Both the position numbers and the translations under genes were made by a program. Below the pieces are notes generated by a model. The model was given only the letters and a program-made list of their open reading frames with translations. It was not told where the DNA came from and searched no databases. Shown one piece after another: positions 27,721 to 37,763 of a stretch of DNA of 64,000 bases; position 1 is the first letter of the stretch; the number at the start of each line of letters is the position of its first letter. This DNA is from a virus. The stretch is from IMG/VR virus record IMGVR_UViG_3300025770_000656, one strand, 5' to 3'.

Positions 27721-28002
27721 ATGGGTCAACAGTTATATTGGTTGATCAAAAAGAAAGATTACAGACAATTTGAATATCGTGTTAATCCAGAAAATGAGAC
27801 TCATTATTTTATAATTAGAGATTTCTTTCCGCGATTGGAAAGATATTTTAAAGATCGACCTCAACTACTAGCAGAACGTAAAATATATAGTAGTAATAGC
27901 AACAGGTACTATACTATAACATTTGCTGACTTAGCGGAAGCCCGCATGTTTGAGTTGCATTTTGCAGAACATATAAGAACTAACGGTACAAGATATGACT
28001 GA
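27721..28002 (+). CDS. Hypothetical protein
   Basis: 93 aa ORF coupled to neighbours. Confidence 0.6.
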   Translation: MGQQLYWLIKKKDYRQFEYRVNPENETHYFIIRDFFPRLERYFKDRPQLLAERKIYSSNSNRYYTITFADLAEARMFELHFAEHIRTNGTRYD

Positions 28003-28432
28003 TTTACCTCTTAACCAAGTACTGGGCGCACTGGATAACAAGGACATGGAGTTCTGGGATCGTTGCACTCCGGAACAGCAAAAGAAAATTGCACCCTTCT
28101 TGTTGAATCGTTATATGAGTCTGGTAAAAGGTAATACAGAACTAGCGTCATATTACTTAATGGCTACTAACCAACGTGTTAATTCTAACTACTTTTCACT
28201 TAGCAAGCACCCTAAACTGGTATGGCAATTGTTGTGTACAGTGAGTCCTGGCATGGGAAAACAATTCCATCAGTGGGTAGGCAATAAGAAAAAGAAGAAA
28301 GACAAGAGTAACGAGATACGCAAGACACTGGCTGAGATGTATCCCAATATGAAAAATGATGAACTGGACTTAATGACCAGTATCACTACTACCAAAGAAC
28401 TAAAAGCTCACGCCACTGAGTCAGGGGAATGA
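27995..28432 (+). CDS. Clamp loader small subunit (T4 gp62-like)
   Basis: LPLNQVLGALD...PFLLNRYMS...LAEMYPNMK..ELDLM pattern; replication context. Confidence 0.65.
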   Translation: MTDLPLNQVLGALDNKDMEFWDRCTPEQQKKIAPFLLNRYMSLVKGNTELASYYLMATNQRVNSNYFSLSKHPKLVWQLLCTVSPGMGKQFHQWVGNKKKKKDKSNEIRKTLAEMYPNMKNDELDLMTSITTTKELKAHATESGE

Positions 28433-29160
28433 GCGACTTGACTAACGTTATAGTAGATGCTATAATGAATAAACAAATGGTAGATAAAGAATTTGAATGT
28501 CGTTACTGTGGCAAAAAGTATCGCAAGGAAAGTACCCTTGCGGCACATCTTTGTGAGCCAAAGCGCAGAGCACAACAGGAAAAAGAACCTGGTGTACAGA
28601 TTGGATTAGCGGCATATCTGCGTTTTTATGAGATAACACAAGGGTCAGCTAAGTTTAAAACATATGCAGACTTTGCAACTGGACCATACTATAATGCATT
28701 TGTAAAGTTTGGTAGGCATTGCCAGAATATACGTGCAATTAACATTGCTGGGTTTATTGAATACGTTATTAAAGAAAACAAAAAGCTGGATCACTGGTGC
28801 AAGGATCAGTTTTATCAGGACTTTTTGTTTAACCATCTACGCCGTGAGAGTGTGCAGGATGCACTAGAGCGTAGCATGGAAACCATGGTATCCTGGGCAG
28901 AAGAGAAAGAAAGCATATACAGCCATTACTTCTTGTATGCTAATCCTAATCGTGTTACACATGACATTACTACAGGACGCATCAGTCCCTGGGTATTATT
29001 TAATTGTGCTAGTGGTATTGAAATGCTGGATAAGTTAAGTCCAGAGCAGATTGAAATAGCGTTCCCTTACATAGATACTGATTTTTGGAAACGTAAGTTT
29101 GTAGACTACTTGGCTGACACCGAGTGGGTTAAACATATTTTAAGTGAGGCTAAATTATGA
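28429..29160 (+). CDS. Conserved protein with N-terminal C2H2-like Zn finger
   Basis: FECRYCGKKYRKESTLAAHLC. Confidence 0.6.
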   Translation: MSDLTNVIVDAIMNKQMVDKEFECRYCGKKYRKESTLAAHLCEPKRRAQQEKEPGVQIGLAAYLRFYEITQGSAKFKTYADFATGPYYNAFVKFGRHCQNIRAINIAGFIEYVIKENKKLDHWCKDQFYQDFLFNHLRRESVQDALERSMETMVSWAEEKESIYSHYFLYANPNRVTHDITTGRISPWVLFNCASGIEMLDKLSPEQIEIAFPYIDTDFWKRKFVDYLADTEWVKHILSEAKL

Positions 29161-29711
29161 TCGATTTACCAGATATTGATATAGATTTTAAAAATAGAAC
29201 TCAGGTGCTGGGACTAATTAGCAATACTGGTGCTAGGTTAGAAACAGGAAAACAGCATAATACAGGAGTTTACTTTACAGACATTCCCAGTGGCAGTGAT
29301 GGTTTGGCTACTGTTGATCACAAAGCGGCAGAACAACTTGGTTATTTTAAGCTGGATTTACTTAATGTTAGCGTGTATGAACAGGTCCGTGACGAGGTTC
29401 ACTTAGTAGAACTGATGACCACTGAGCCTAATTGGAGTAAACTCTGGGAAGATCCTGAATACTGTGAAAAGATTGTACACATTGGCAACCATTACGACTT
29501 GGTTAAAAGCATGAAACCAGATAGTATTCCACGTATGGCAATGTTTTTGGCTGTAATGCGTCCCGGCAAAAGCTATTTGCGTAACAAACCCTGGGCAGAA
29601 GTTGGTAAAACAGTGTGGGATCGTCCAGCCAATGATAAGTATTTCTTTAAAAAGGCCCATGCTGTAAGTTATGCACACTTAGTAGTAGTCCATATGAATT
29701 TATTCAGATGA
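29157..29711 (+). CDS. Miniature family C DNA polymerase (DnaE palm-like) protein
   Basis: PDIDIDF, HNTGVYF, FKLDLL, LAVMRPG, YFFKKAHAVSYA in 184 aa. Confidence 0.8.
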   Translation: MIDLPDIDIDFKNRTQVLGLISNTGARLETGKQHNTGVYFTDIPSGSDGLATVDHKAAEQLGYFKLDLLNVSVYEQVRDEVHLVELMTTEPNWSKLWEDPEYCEKIVHIGNHYDLVKSMKPDSIPRMAMFLAVMRPGKSYLRNKPWAEVGKTVWDRPANDKYFFKKAHAVSYAHLVVVHMNLFR

Positions 29712-30886
29712 GTAAATTTTGTGTAGCATTGTTTAATGCAATACGGAAAGATCAAGACTTTCGTATACGACCCTGTTGTGTTTTTAGATCTAAAAAAAGC
29801 ATATATCAGATAGATGATTATTTAAAATCTGATTACATGGCCGATGCACGAAAACGCATGATTGACGGGCAATCTATACCAGAGTGCGGTGTATGCTGGC
29901 AAAAAGAAAAAGCAGGCTTAACAAGTTTACGCCACATATATAATCAACAGTTTTTACACAACAAAAATATTCCTGATAATATAGCTAAAAAAGCTAAAAC
30001 AAAAATTATCCAGGCAGATATAAAGATAGGTAACCGTTGCAATTATGCTTGTGCTATGTGTCATCCGGGAGATAGTAGTTTAATCTTTAACAAATATAAA
30101 GCGAATCTAGATAACAAATTTGTGCAAGAGTATAGTAAAAAAAATTCAAATTTTATGGATGCGAAATTAAACACTAACTATAGAAATACTAGCCTGCAAA
30201 TGTTAGATAATGTATTATCAACAACTAGTGTACGTAGTATTAAAATACTAGGTGGTGAACCGTTATTAGAACAAGAATTCTTAAAACGATTAGCTTCTGT
30301 GCCAGACGCACATAAACAAAAAATAACATTATGGGTAGTAACTAACGGTAGTATAGATTTAGTGAATACATTATCCAAGCTGGGCAAGTATAAAGCAATT
30401 GTCGTAACAGTAAGTTTAGAAGGAACAGGAAAGTTACAAGAATATGTCAGGAAACGAAGTAGTTGGCAACAGATTGAATCTAACATCTGTAAGTTTTTAG
30501 AGTTTAATAATCCACGTTGGTTCTTAGGTGTACACCACACTATGCAAGCATTAAGTTTGCATGGATTGGTAGATTTAATAACGTGGTGTGATGGGTTAGG
30601 TATAAAGATTACATATCAAAACTTAACAAACCCTGACTATCTAAGTTTAGCTATTACGTCTCCGGAGTACAGACGACAACAAATGGATAATGTAAATGTA
30701 CAGGGTACCAATAATTTTCAAGGTGAGGATTTAAATTTATCTGGAGATCTTGCTAGTTATTGTCTACAACAGGATTATAAACCGGAGTTGGTGGGAAAAT
30801 TTTTAAAGTATTGTAAATTTTATGAGTCAGATCATAACCTAAAATTACTAGAAGTTGCTCCAGAATTACTTGACTCTTTTAACTAG
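29708..30886 (+). CDS. Radical SAM protein with N-terminal twitch/SPASM-like domain
   Basis: RPCC...CGVCW; CNYACAMC; GGEPLL; VTNG. Confidence 0.85.
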   Translation: MSKFCVALFNAIRKDQDFRIRPCCVFRSKKSIYQIDDYLKSDYMADARKRMIDGQSIPECGVCWQKEKAGLTSLRHIYNQQFLHNKNIPDNIAKKAKTKIIQADIKIGNRCNYACAMCHPGDSSLIFNKYKANLDNKFVQEYSKKNSNFMDAKLNTNYRNTSLQMLDNVLSTTSVRSIKILGGEPLLEQEFLKRLASVPDAHKQKITLWVVTNGSIDLVNTLSKLGKYKAIVVTVSLEGTGKLQEYVRKRSSWQQIESNICKFLEFNNPRWFLGVHHTMQALSLHGLVDLITWCDGLGIKITYQNLTNPDYLSLAITSPEYRRQQMDNVNVQGTNNFQGEDLNLSGDLASYCLQQDYKPELVGKFLKYCKFYESDHNLKLLEVAPELLDSFN

Positions 30887-31237
30887 GGTAATATTTTTAC
30901 GTTTGCTTCGTGTTTTTGCTAGTTCTGCTATATTAACACTGGGTCCAAACTTAACTTCAACATCTTTTATGTTAAATGTTGTAAGTGTATATGCAAATTT
31001 CTTCCAGTCATGCTTTAAAAACAGGTTAATAGGTATACGCTGATTACTTTCCCACCACCAAATCTCTGCTAGATCTAAAAATTCTTGCACATCATGACTA
31101 TATAAGGCTTCATAATTATACAGACTTAATACAACTTCATCGCTGTTTTGAATAATGCCTACATACTCATTTCCGCCATACGTTAGCATGCTTAGAAAAG
31201 GGTACTTTTCCTTTATCTCGTCACTTAATCTTGTCAT
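30866..31237 (-). CDS. Conserved hypothetical phage protein
   Basis: YPFLS...YVGIIQN...WWWES...PINLFL. Confidence 0.7.
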   Translation of the reverse strand: MTRLSDEIKEKYPFLSMLTYGGNEYVGIIQNSDEVVLSLYNYEALYSHDVQEFLDLAEIWWWESNQRIPINLFLKHDWKKFAYTLTTFNIKDVEVKFGPSVNIAELAKTRSKRKNITLVKRVK

Positions 31238-31261
31238 AAATTCTCTATAAATAGTATTATA

Positions 31262-32020
31262 ATGGGTACCATCACTAGTTACTTATACAAACAAAAATTA
31301 CAGGTTACAACTACTGATGTGACTGCGGGGAATACTATGAGCATGTTTTATACACCAAACATCAAAGTTTACAGAGGTATCGATAATCCAGTCAGAGTAA
31401 ATTTTGTTAACAGAGATCAAAAAAAGACTAGCTTAACAGACAAGACTGTTAGCTTTATAATGATTGATAAAGATACAAATAAGACACTACTTTCCAGGAG
31501 TGTTACTAATATTAATGCGCCACTTGGATATGGTGAATTTACACTACGTGATGTAGATACCTATAATTTGGATAGCAAATATTACACGTATAGCTTTAAA
31601 GTTACAGACGGCGAGGGTAATGTACAAATTGGATACAGTGATGATAACTATGGTGCTGGCGGTGTACTAGAGCTAGTAGAAGGTGTATATCCAACATTCC
31701 AGGCAAGTACAACAGAAGACTTTGGTAATGGCGATACTGGCAGTATAATTTATTTGGACCCACACGTTAATCGAAATGTAGCATTGCATAGTGCTCAAGT
31801 TTACTTTTCAAGTGCATTTACAGGCACACTTACCGTTGCAGGAAGTCTTAACCCCAGCGGCGGGGGAATCAGTTCAGACGATTTCACAACTATTAGTACT
31901 CAAACTTACACATCGCAGACTGATAATGTGGTGTTTAGTTGGAACGGTGTTTACAGTGCAATACGGTTTACTAGAGCAACAACTTCTGGTACACTTAGTA
32001 AAGTACTGTATCGCCCATGA
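31262..32020 (+). CDS. Putative virion structural or baseplate-adaptor protein
   Basis: Beta-rich, Thr/Ser-rich; TATAAATA at 31246. Confidence 0.45.
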   Translation: MGTITSYLYKQKLQVTTTDVTAGNTMSMFYTPNIKVYRGIDNPVRVNFVNRDQKKTSLTDKTVSFIMIDKDTNKTLLSRSVTNINAPLGYGEFTLRDVDTYNLDSKYYTYSFKVTDGEGNVQIGYSDDNYGAGGVLELVEGVYPTFQASTTEDFGNGDTGSIIYLDPHVNRNVALHSAQVYFSSAFTGTLTVAGSLNPSGGGISSDDFTTISTQTYTSQTDNVVFSWNGVYSAIRFTRATTSGTLSKVLYRP

Positions 32021-32688
32021 CCCTAGTAGGATTTGGTTGTAGTTTTACATACGGCAGTGAATTATTAAATCCAGAACTAGAAGATAGTTGGGATCGTCAT
32101 AATGACAATACTCCTTATAGAGAAAAGCATACATGGTTGGGACAATTAGCTGAAAGGCTGGATTGTAAAGCAATAAATTTAGCAGAACCGGGTTGCAGTA
32201 ATTATGCATTACAAGAAAATTTTGCAAAATATGTTCATGAAAATGATTGCTCTAATATAATAATTGCTGTAGCTTGGACAAATCATTTACGCTATAGTTG
32301 GTGGAGTGATGATCAACAACGTTGGGTACATGATGGCTTTATACGTTACAACAATGATAATGATGAATTATTTATGGATAGTTTTAAGGAATGGCTAGCC
32401 TTAAGTTATGATCGCAGCGAACAGATAACTAAAAATGCAAAGTTGTTTGTTAATAGCGTTTGCCAAAGTCATGGAATAAAATTAATACAGTTTGACGCAC
32501 TACCAAATGTAAATGGCCATTATGGTAATTTCCATCAACAAGGCAGAAATATGTTGGATGTATTAAAAAAAGAAGCTGAACGCTTAGATAGAACATTCAT
32601 TACTGCTGGTGATCATCCTACTGAAGCAGGGCATGCATATTATGCTAAATTGCTACATTCATGGATAAGGGCTAAGAAAAATGTATAA
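32017..32688 (+). CDS. SGNH/GDSL-like protein
   Basis: FGCSFTYG, NLAEPGCSNY, GDHPTEAGH. Confidence 0.6.
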   Translation: MTLVGFGCSFTYGSELLNPELEDSWDRHNDNTPYREKHTWLGQLAERLDCKAINLAEPGCSNYALQENFAKYVHENDCSNIIIAVAWTNHLRYSWWSDDQQRWVHDGFIRYNNDNDELFMDSFKEWLALSYDRSEQITKNAKLFVNSVCQSHGIKLIQFDALPNVNGHYGNFHQQGRNMLDVLKKEAERLDRTFITAGDHPTEAGHAYYAKLLHSWIRAKKNV

Positions 32689-33463
32689 TAGATTCTTTGC
32701 CTTCGGATGTAGTTTTACACTTTACAAATGGCCAACATGGGCTGATTATTTGTATGCAGGAGGTATAGCAGAAGCATACGAAAACTGGGCTCTACCTGGC
32801 GGCAGTAATGATTTTGTATTTCATAGCTTAATTGAATGTAGCAGTTTGCGTGGCATAACAGCAGAAGATTATGTAGCCATAATGTGGAGTCAGCCTTGGC
32901 GTATCGCAGATTACACAAACGAACAAGGTTGGGACATGCCTGGTAATGCATATTTGTATCAACCCAAAGAGCGTGTAAAATATCTACATGAAGATCAAAT
33001 AGCTCTAGAGAATCAAACGTATTTTAGAGCCTCTATTAACATGCTACAAGCAATAGGATGTGACTTTACGTTCACTAGCATGGAAAGAATTGATTTACAA
33101 TTTGAGGATGTGTACGCTACTCAAGATTATTTTAAACCTAGTATGGCAGAGTTTCTAGGTTACACAGGCCCTAATGAAACGGATTGGAAAGAAACACTAC
33201 CTGGAGATAGACATCCTAGTCCTAGAGAACATGCAAGTTTTGCTAAAACTTTAGATACAAGTTTAAATCATTCATTAATAGACAAACTTTGTGATGCTAG
33301 TGAAAGTTACATATTTGAAAGTGATCGTCCCCACAGACAAGAGATTACAGTATTTCCAGAAAAAATACCACAAGACAGGTTGCCAAATGTTGAAAGTAAA
33401 GTTAATTCAGGTTCGGGAAGTTTAATTGATGTCAATAGAATTCAGCCTTTCGACTGGGAATGA
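32681..33463 (+). CDS. SGNH/GDSL-like protein
   Basis: FGCSFT, NWALPGGSND, DRHPSPREH. Confidence 0.6.
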   Translation: MYNRFFAFGCSFTLYKWPTWADYLYAGGIAEAYENWALPGGSNDFVFHSLIECSSLRGITAEDYVAIMWSQPWRIADYTNEQGWDMPGNAYLYQPKERVKYLHEDQIALENQTYFRASINMLQAIGCDFTFTSMERIDLQFEDVYATQDYFKPSMAEFLGYTGPNETDWKETLPGDRHPSPREHASFAKTLDTSLNHSLIDKLCDASESYIFESDRPHRQEITVFPEKIPQDRLPNVESKVNSGSGSLIDVNRIQPFDWE

Positions 33464-33494
33464 ACATTATAGTCAGTTAACTCCGCAGGGTAAT

Positions 33495-34487
33495 ATGTTG
33501 CGTGAGTTGCTGGAACTTATACCTAAAACAAAAGACCTTTGGTATGCTGACACTTTTAGTTTGCCTGAATTTGGTGCTCTTAAAAAGTATTATACTGGAA
33601 CTGTTGTACTGTACTGTTGGTGGGATCCGGCAGATGATCGCATATCCAATCAAATTGATAACATGGATTTAGATTTTATAATTATAACCAGTGACCCAGA
33701 ATTATTACCAGTGCATCCTAGGATACATCCTATCAAATGGGAAAAGCAATACGGATTTCACATGGATTTAATACGGACAGAGCCCTGGTATGAGCTTGAG
33801 GATAGACGAGAATTTTTATGTATGATGCGTAACCATAAACCTGAACGATTAATGTTCCTAGAAGAACTATGGAAACGTGATTTAATAAGAGAAAACTTTA
33901 TAAGTTATCTGGGTCAGGTTAATACAAAAGCTATACATGGAAGAACAAACAGACCCATTGCAGAGATAGTTAGCCAGCAATATCAGGCTGATACTGACTT
34001 TACATACACTCCAGGTGCAGAGTTTGCTGGTTGGTTAGAAGATAATATACCCATATTATTACCAGATGATCAAACGTTAACAAACGAAAATAATACTGAC
34101 TTTTTTACTACGGGCAACCCAGACTGGTATGCCTGGACCAAGTACAGCATTGTTTTAGAAACATACTGGGCTCGTACACAATTTTTAACTGAAAAGTCTT
34201 TTAAGCCTATAGTAGCTCAACATCCATTCGTTAACCTGGGCAATAACAGTAACCAGCTATTGGAAAGTCTGGGCTTTGATGTTTTTCCAGAGCTTGGCTG
34301 TGACATGTATGACGGCATGCTAACACAAAAAAAAGTGGAGTATGTTGTTAAAGAAACATGTGTAGAAACATGTGTAGAATTCGATCCTGGGCGTGTTAAG
34401 CACAATTATCAGCAGGGATTTAACTTACTTGATCAAGCTAGAGCTGAGCAAAAACATATCGCAAAACTAGTTAAAGATATATTATAA
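33495..34487 (+). CDS. Conserved phage protein (paralog of 13311)
   Basis: FLCMMRNHKPER, YSIVLET, LTEKSFKPIVAQHPF, LGFDVF; start moved to 33495. Confidence 0.5.
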   Translation: MLRELLELIPKTKDLWYADTFSLPEFGALKKYYTGTVVLYCWWDPADDRISNQIDNMDLDFIIITSDPELLPVHPRIHPIKWEKQYGFHMDLIRTEPWYELEDRREFLCMMRNHKPERLMFLEELWKRDLIRENFISYLGQVNTKAIHGRTNRPIAEIVSQQYQADTDFTYTPGAEFAGWLEDNIPILLPDDQTLTNENNTDFFTTGNPDWYAWTKYSIVLETYWARTQFLTEKSFKPIVAQHPFVNLGNNSNQLLESLGFDVFPELGCDMYDGMLTQKKVEYVVKETCVETCVEFDPGRVKHNYQQGFNLLDQARAEQKHIAKLVKDIL

Positions 34488-34494
34488 TAATACT

Positions 34495-35295
34495 ATGAAA
34501 TTGTTATTTAATGACAAATCTAGTATAGAAATTAAAACTCGTGACTGCCTAGCTTGGTCTGAAGTACATACAATGTATAGGCATCTTCAGCATGTTGATA
34601 TTCCTTTTAAAGAGTGGGACAATCCCTGCTATACATCACAGCACAGTTTTAAAAGTTTAGTAGATAAGTTAGCACATTTTGGTAAACTGTTGGACATAAA
34701 CATAGACATATCGCGATGTTTAGAATTAGACCAAACTTACTATAACGAAATACATAAAATATATGAAGATAATTATAACGGAACCCCAGCATGGTTAGAT
34801 TTCCACGAACATATACATATATGTGAACGAAAAAATCCAAAGATTTCTAGTACAATCAAATTTGATTGGCGTGAAAAGGCAGGCCCGTTAATAAAAAAAA
34901 TTAATAAAGACTTATATACTGACCTAACTACTAAGATTGCCGCTGGTGACGTGTTTACAAAGTGGTCAGAATTAGGCAAAACTCCTTACCTATATTGGAA
35001 GGATGGCGAGCCCAACAATATTAGACGTATTTGTGAGTTAGCTAAACCCTGGGATAAACTTAACCCTGTGCTTTGTATAGCTATGCAGGATATAGATCTA
35101 TTAGACAACAATGATGTTAATGGGTTTAACAAATGGTGGAAGATTTATGAAAACAACTGGTGCAAGCATTGGCAAATTGAAAAATGGTCATTACAAGATA
35201 TGCGTGGAGTTCTTGTATACGGGACGATTGACAATGTCGAATTATTAAAGTATAATCTTATGCATAACATCTCTCCAGTTAGAATTAGTCTATGA
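34495..35295 (+). CDS. Hypothetical protein
   Basis: 266 aa ORF. Confidence 0.6.
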   Translation: MKLLFNDKSSIEIKTRDCLAWSEVHTMYRHLQHVDIPFKEWDNPCYTSQHSFKSLVDKLAHFGKLLDINIDISRCLELDQTYYNEIHKIYEDNYNGTPAWLDFHEHIHICERKNPKISSTIKFDWREKAGPLIKKINKDLYTDLTTKIAAGDVFTKWSELGKTPYLYWKDGEPNNIRRICELAKPWDKLNPVLCIAMQDIDLLDNNDVNGFNKWWKIYENNWCKHWQIEKWSLQDMRGVLVYGTIDNVELLKYNLMHNISPVRISL

Positions 35296-36257
35296 ACTCT
35301 ATACAACAAACTGTATTGGATAATCTACCTAGGTTAAAGCGTAGTCCTGGCGGATGGTATACATTTAATGCTGTATGTTGTCATCACAATGCTGAAAGCA
35401 TGGATAAAAAAGGCAGAGGTGGTGTAATTACAGATGGCGAAGCTGTAACGTATCACTGTTTTAACTGTGGCTATAAGACTGGATGGAGACCTGGTAGGCA
35501 TATAAGTTACAAGTTTCGCAAACTACTAGACTGGATGGGCGTAGCGGAGAACGAACGACAACGCATGGTTGTTGAAGCACTGCGTATTAAAGAAACTGTA
35601 GTTATTAAAGAAGAGGAAGCTGAGCCAGAGTTTACTATTGAATTTAAAGATCGTGTACTTCCACAAGATTGTGTGCCATTATCAGAAGCACCACAAGAGT
35701 TACAAGACTATGCATTAAGCAGAAGTATGCCCATAGACCAGTTACGATGGAGCGATACAAAGCCAGGAAGAATGTACAGACGTATTATTATCCCTTGCAG
35801 TTGGCAAGGGCGTGTAATAGGCTCAACAGCTAGAGCAGTTGACGAAAAAACAAAGCCCAAGTACTTTAATAACTATGACAGTAATTATGTATATGGTATA
35901 GATAGACAGGTAATAGGGGGAAAGTTCAGTGTGGTATGTGAAGGAGTTATCGATGCGCTCACTATTGGTGGTGTTGCTACACTTACCAATAGATGCAATG
36001 ACACCCAGGCACAAATTATTGATACACTGGGCAGGGAAATTGTGTTGGTACCTGACAGAGACAAAGCAGGACAGAAGTTAATAGACGATGCACTAGAGTA
36101 TGGCTGGAGTGTTAGTTTTCCTGAATGGGAGGCTGACGTAAAAGACATTAATGCTGCTGTTATACGTTATGGTAAATTGTTTACACTAAAGAGTATCATT
36201 GATGCTAAACAAACTAATAGTTTAAAGATTAATTTAATGAGAAAACAGTATGGTTAG
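35292..36257 (+). CDS. DNA primase (T4 gp61/DnaG-like)
   Basis: N-terminal Zn-binding region (CCHH...YHCFNCG); TOPRIM VCEGVIDAL and PDRD. Confidence 0.85.
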   Translation: MNSIQQTVLDNLPRLKRSPGGWYTFNAVCCHHNAESMDKKGRGGVITDGEAVTYHCFNCGYKTGWRPGRHISYKFRKLLDWMGVAENERQRMVVEALRIKETVVIKEEEAEPEFTIEFKDRVLPQDCVPLSEAPQELQDYALSRSMPIDQLRWSDTKPGRMYRRIIIPCSWQGRVIGSTARAVDEKTKPKYFNNYDSNYVYGIDRQVIGGKFSVVCEGVIDALTIGGVATLTNRCNDTQAQIIDTLGREIVLVPDRDKAGQKLIDDALEYGWSVSFPEWEADVKDINAAVIRYGKLFTLKSIIDAKQTNSLKINLMRKQYG

Positions 36258-37152
36258 TTTACATGTAGAACCAACTAGTAGATGTACATTAGCTTGTCCT
36301 CGTTGCGAGAGAACAGAGTTGCTATCTAAATTTGGTAAAAAGGCATTGCCTATTAACGATCTTAATATTAATGACTTTAAAACTTTCATTGATATTGATA
36401 TTGATAATATTAATTTTTGTGGAAATCTTGGTGATCCTATATATCATAAAAACTTTTTAGAATTAGTAAAAGAAAGTAAACTAGTTGCTAAAGCTGTTAA
36501 TATTACTACTAACGGCAGTCGTAAAAGCAGAGCATGGTGGAAAAAACTTAATGCAATACTAGACGATAAAGACACAGTAACATTTAGCATTGATGGTACT
36601 CCAGATAACTTTACACGTTATCGTATTAACGGCGATTGGCCTAGTATTCGTGTTGGTATAGACGAATGCGTATTAGGCTCAGTAAGAGTAGTATGGAAAT
36701 ATATTCCATTTAAGTTTAATGAAAATGATATGGAATATACACGTTTACTATCAAATGAACTAGGAATAGACGAGTTTGAAGTTCATCCTAGTGACAGATG
36801 GAATGAAGCTGACGAGAGTATTAACACTCTACGTCCTACGCTAGAGTCGTTAGTAGCCTCTAGGGATATTGTACAAAGAAAATTTGAAACTACTACATCA
36901 AGAGATTTTGTTATAGATCCTAGGTGTAAGAATAACAAAGAGCATTTTATCAGCAGTGACGGCTACTATTCGCCATGCTGTTTTAGCAAACACTATAACT
37001 TTCATTATAAGAGTCAATGGCATAAAAATAAAGAGGATCATGTCATTAAAACTAGTAAATTAAGTAATCAGATATCTTATTTTAATAATTTTTATGCTAC
37101 AATACAGACTAGTAAACCAGACTATTGTATCTTTAATTGCGGGAGATGCTAA
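36250..37152 (+). CDS. Radical SAM protein
   Basis: CTLACPRC, GNLGDP, TTNG, FSIDG; C-terminal SPCC. Confidence 0.85.
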   Translation: MVSLHVEPTSRCTLACPRCERTELLSKFGKKALPINDLNINDFKTFIDIDIDNINFCGNLGDPIYHKNFLELVKESKLVAKAVNITTNGSRKSRAWWKKLNAILDDKDTVTFSIDGTPDNFTRYRINGDWPSIRVGIDECVLGSVRVVWKYIPFKFNENDMEYTRLLSNELGIDEFEVHPSDRWNEADESINTLRPTLESLVASRDIVQRKFETTTSRDFVIDPRCKNNKEHFISSDGYYSPCCFSKHYNFHYKSQWHKNKEDHVIKTSKLSNQISYFNNFYATIQTSKPDYCIFNCGRC

Positions 37153-37763
37153 TGTTATATATTAATGGGTGTTCGTGGACTGACAGTTTTATATTTAGAG
37201 ATTCATTGTCAAACAATGACATACTTGTAATTAACAATGCTGCAAGTGGCAACAGCAATTTTCAAATTTGTCGACAAACAAAATATGACTTAAAGAATTT
37301 TAGCAAACATTTTGATAAAATAACAGCAATAATTTTTCTTACAGAAGCATTTAGATCTGAATATGAATATAAAATGGCCAAAGGCCCAGGAAGCCTCCAA
37401 GATTTAGCGAGTAAGAGTTTACATCAAATGAAAAAAGCAATTGACTCTTCATTGCCTAATAATGTTAACATAATATATTCATCTAGTTTTGTAGATCTTC
37501 CCTGGGAAACAAACTTTCCAAGTATGTTAACACTGGCATGCAAGGCACATGGAATAATTCAAGAAGAAACTCAGTGTTACACTACTAAAGTAATTAAGGT
37601 TCAGAAAATTCATGAACTTAAACCTAATCTTAAAGATTTAGATATTATTATTGATAGATTAAACACTATTGAAAAAATTCCTAATCAACAGAATTACCAC
37701 ATAAAGGATTCTATATCATATACTGCCGTAGTTAAACAAATTCAAGAGGTATTAAATGGCTAA
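37137..37763 (+). CDS. Divergent SGNH/GDSL-like protein
   Basis: INGCSWT, NNAASGNSN; start uncertain. Confidence 0.45.
   Translation: MREMLMLYINGCSWTDSFIFRDSLSNNDILVINNAASGNSNFQICRQTKYDLKNFSKHFDKITAIIFLTEAFRSEYEYKMAKGPGSLQDLASKSLHQMKKAIDSSLPNNVNIIYSSSFVDLPWETNFPSMLTLACKAHGIIQEETQCYTTKVIKVQKIHELKPNLKDLDIIIDRLNTIEKIPNQQNYHIKDSISYTAVVKQIQEVLNG

Noticed and set aside
34353-34379. 12-bp tandem duplication (ETCVETCVE)
   Set aside because: In-frame two-copy slippage event with no further structure
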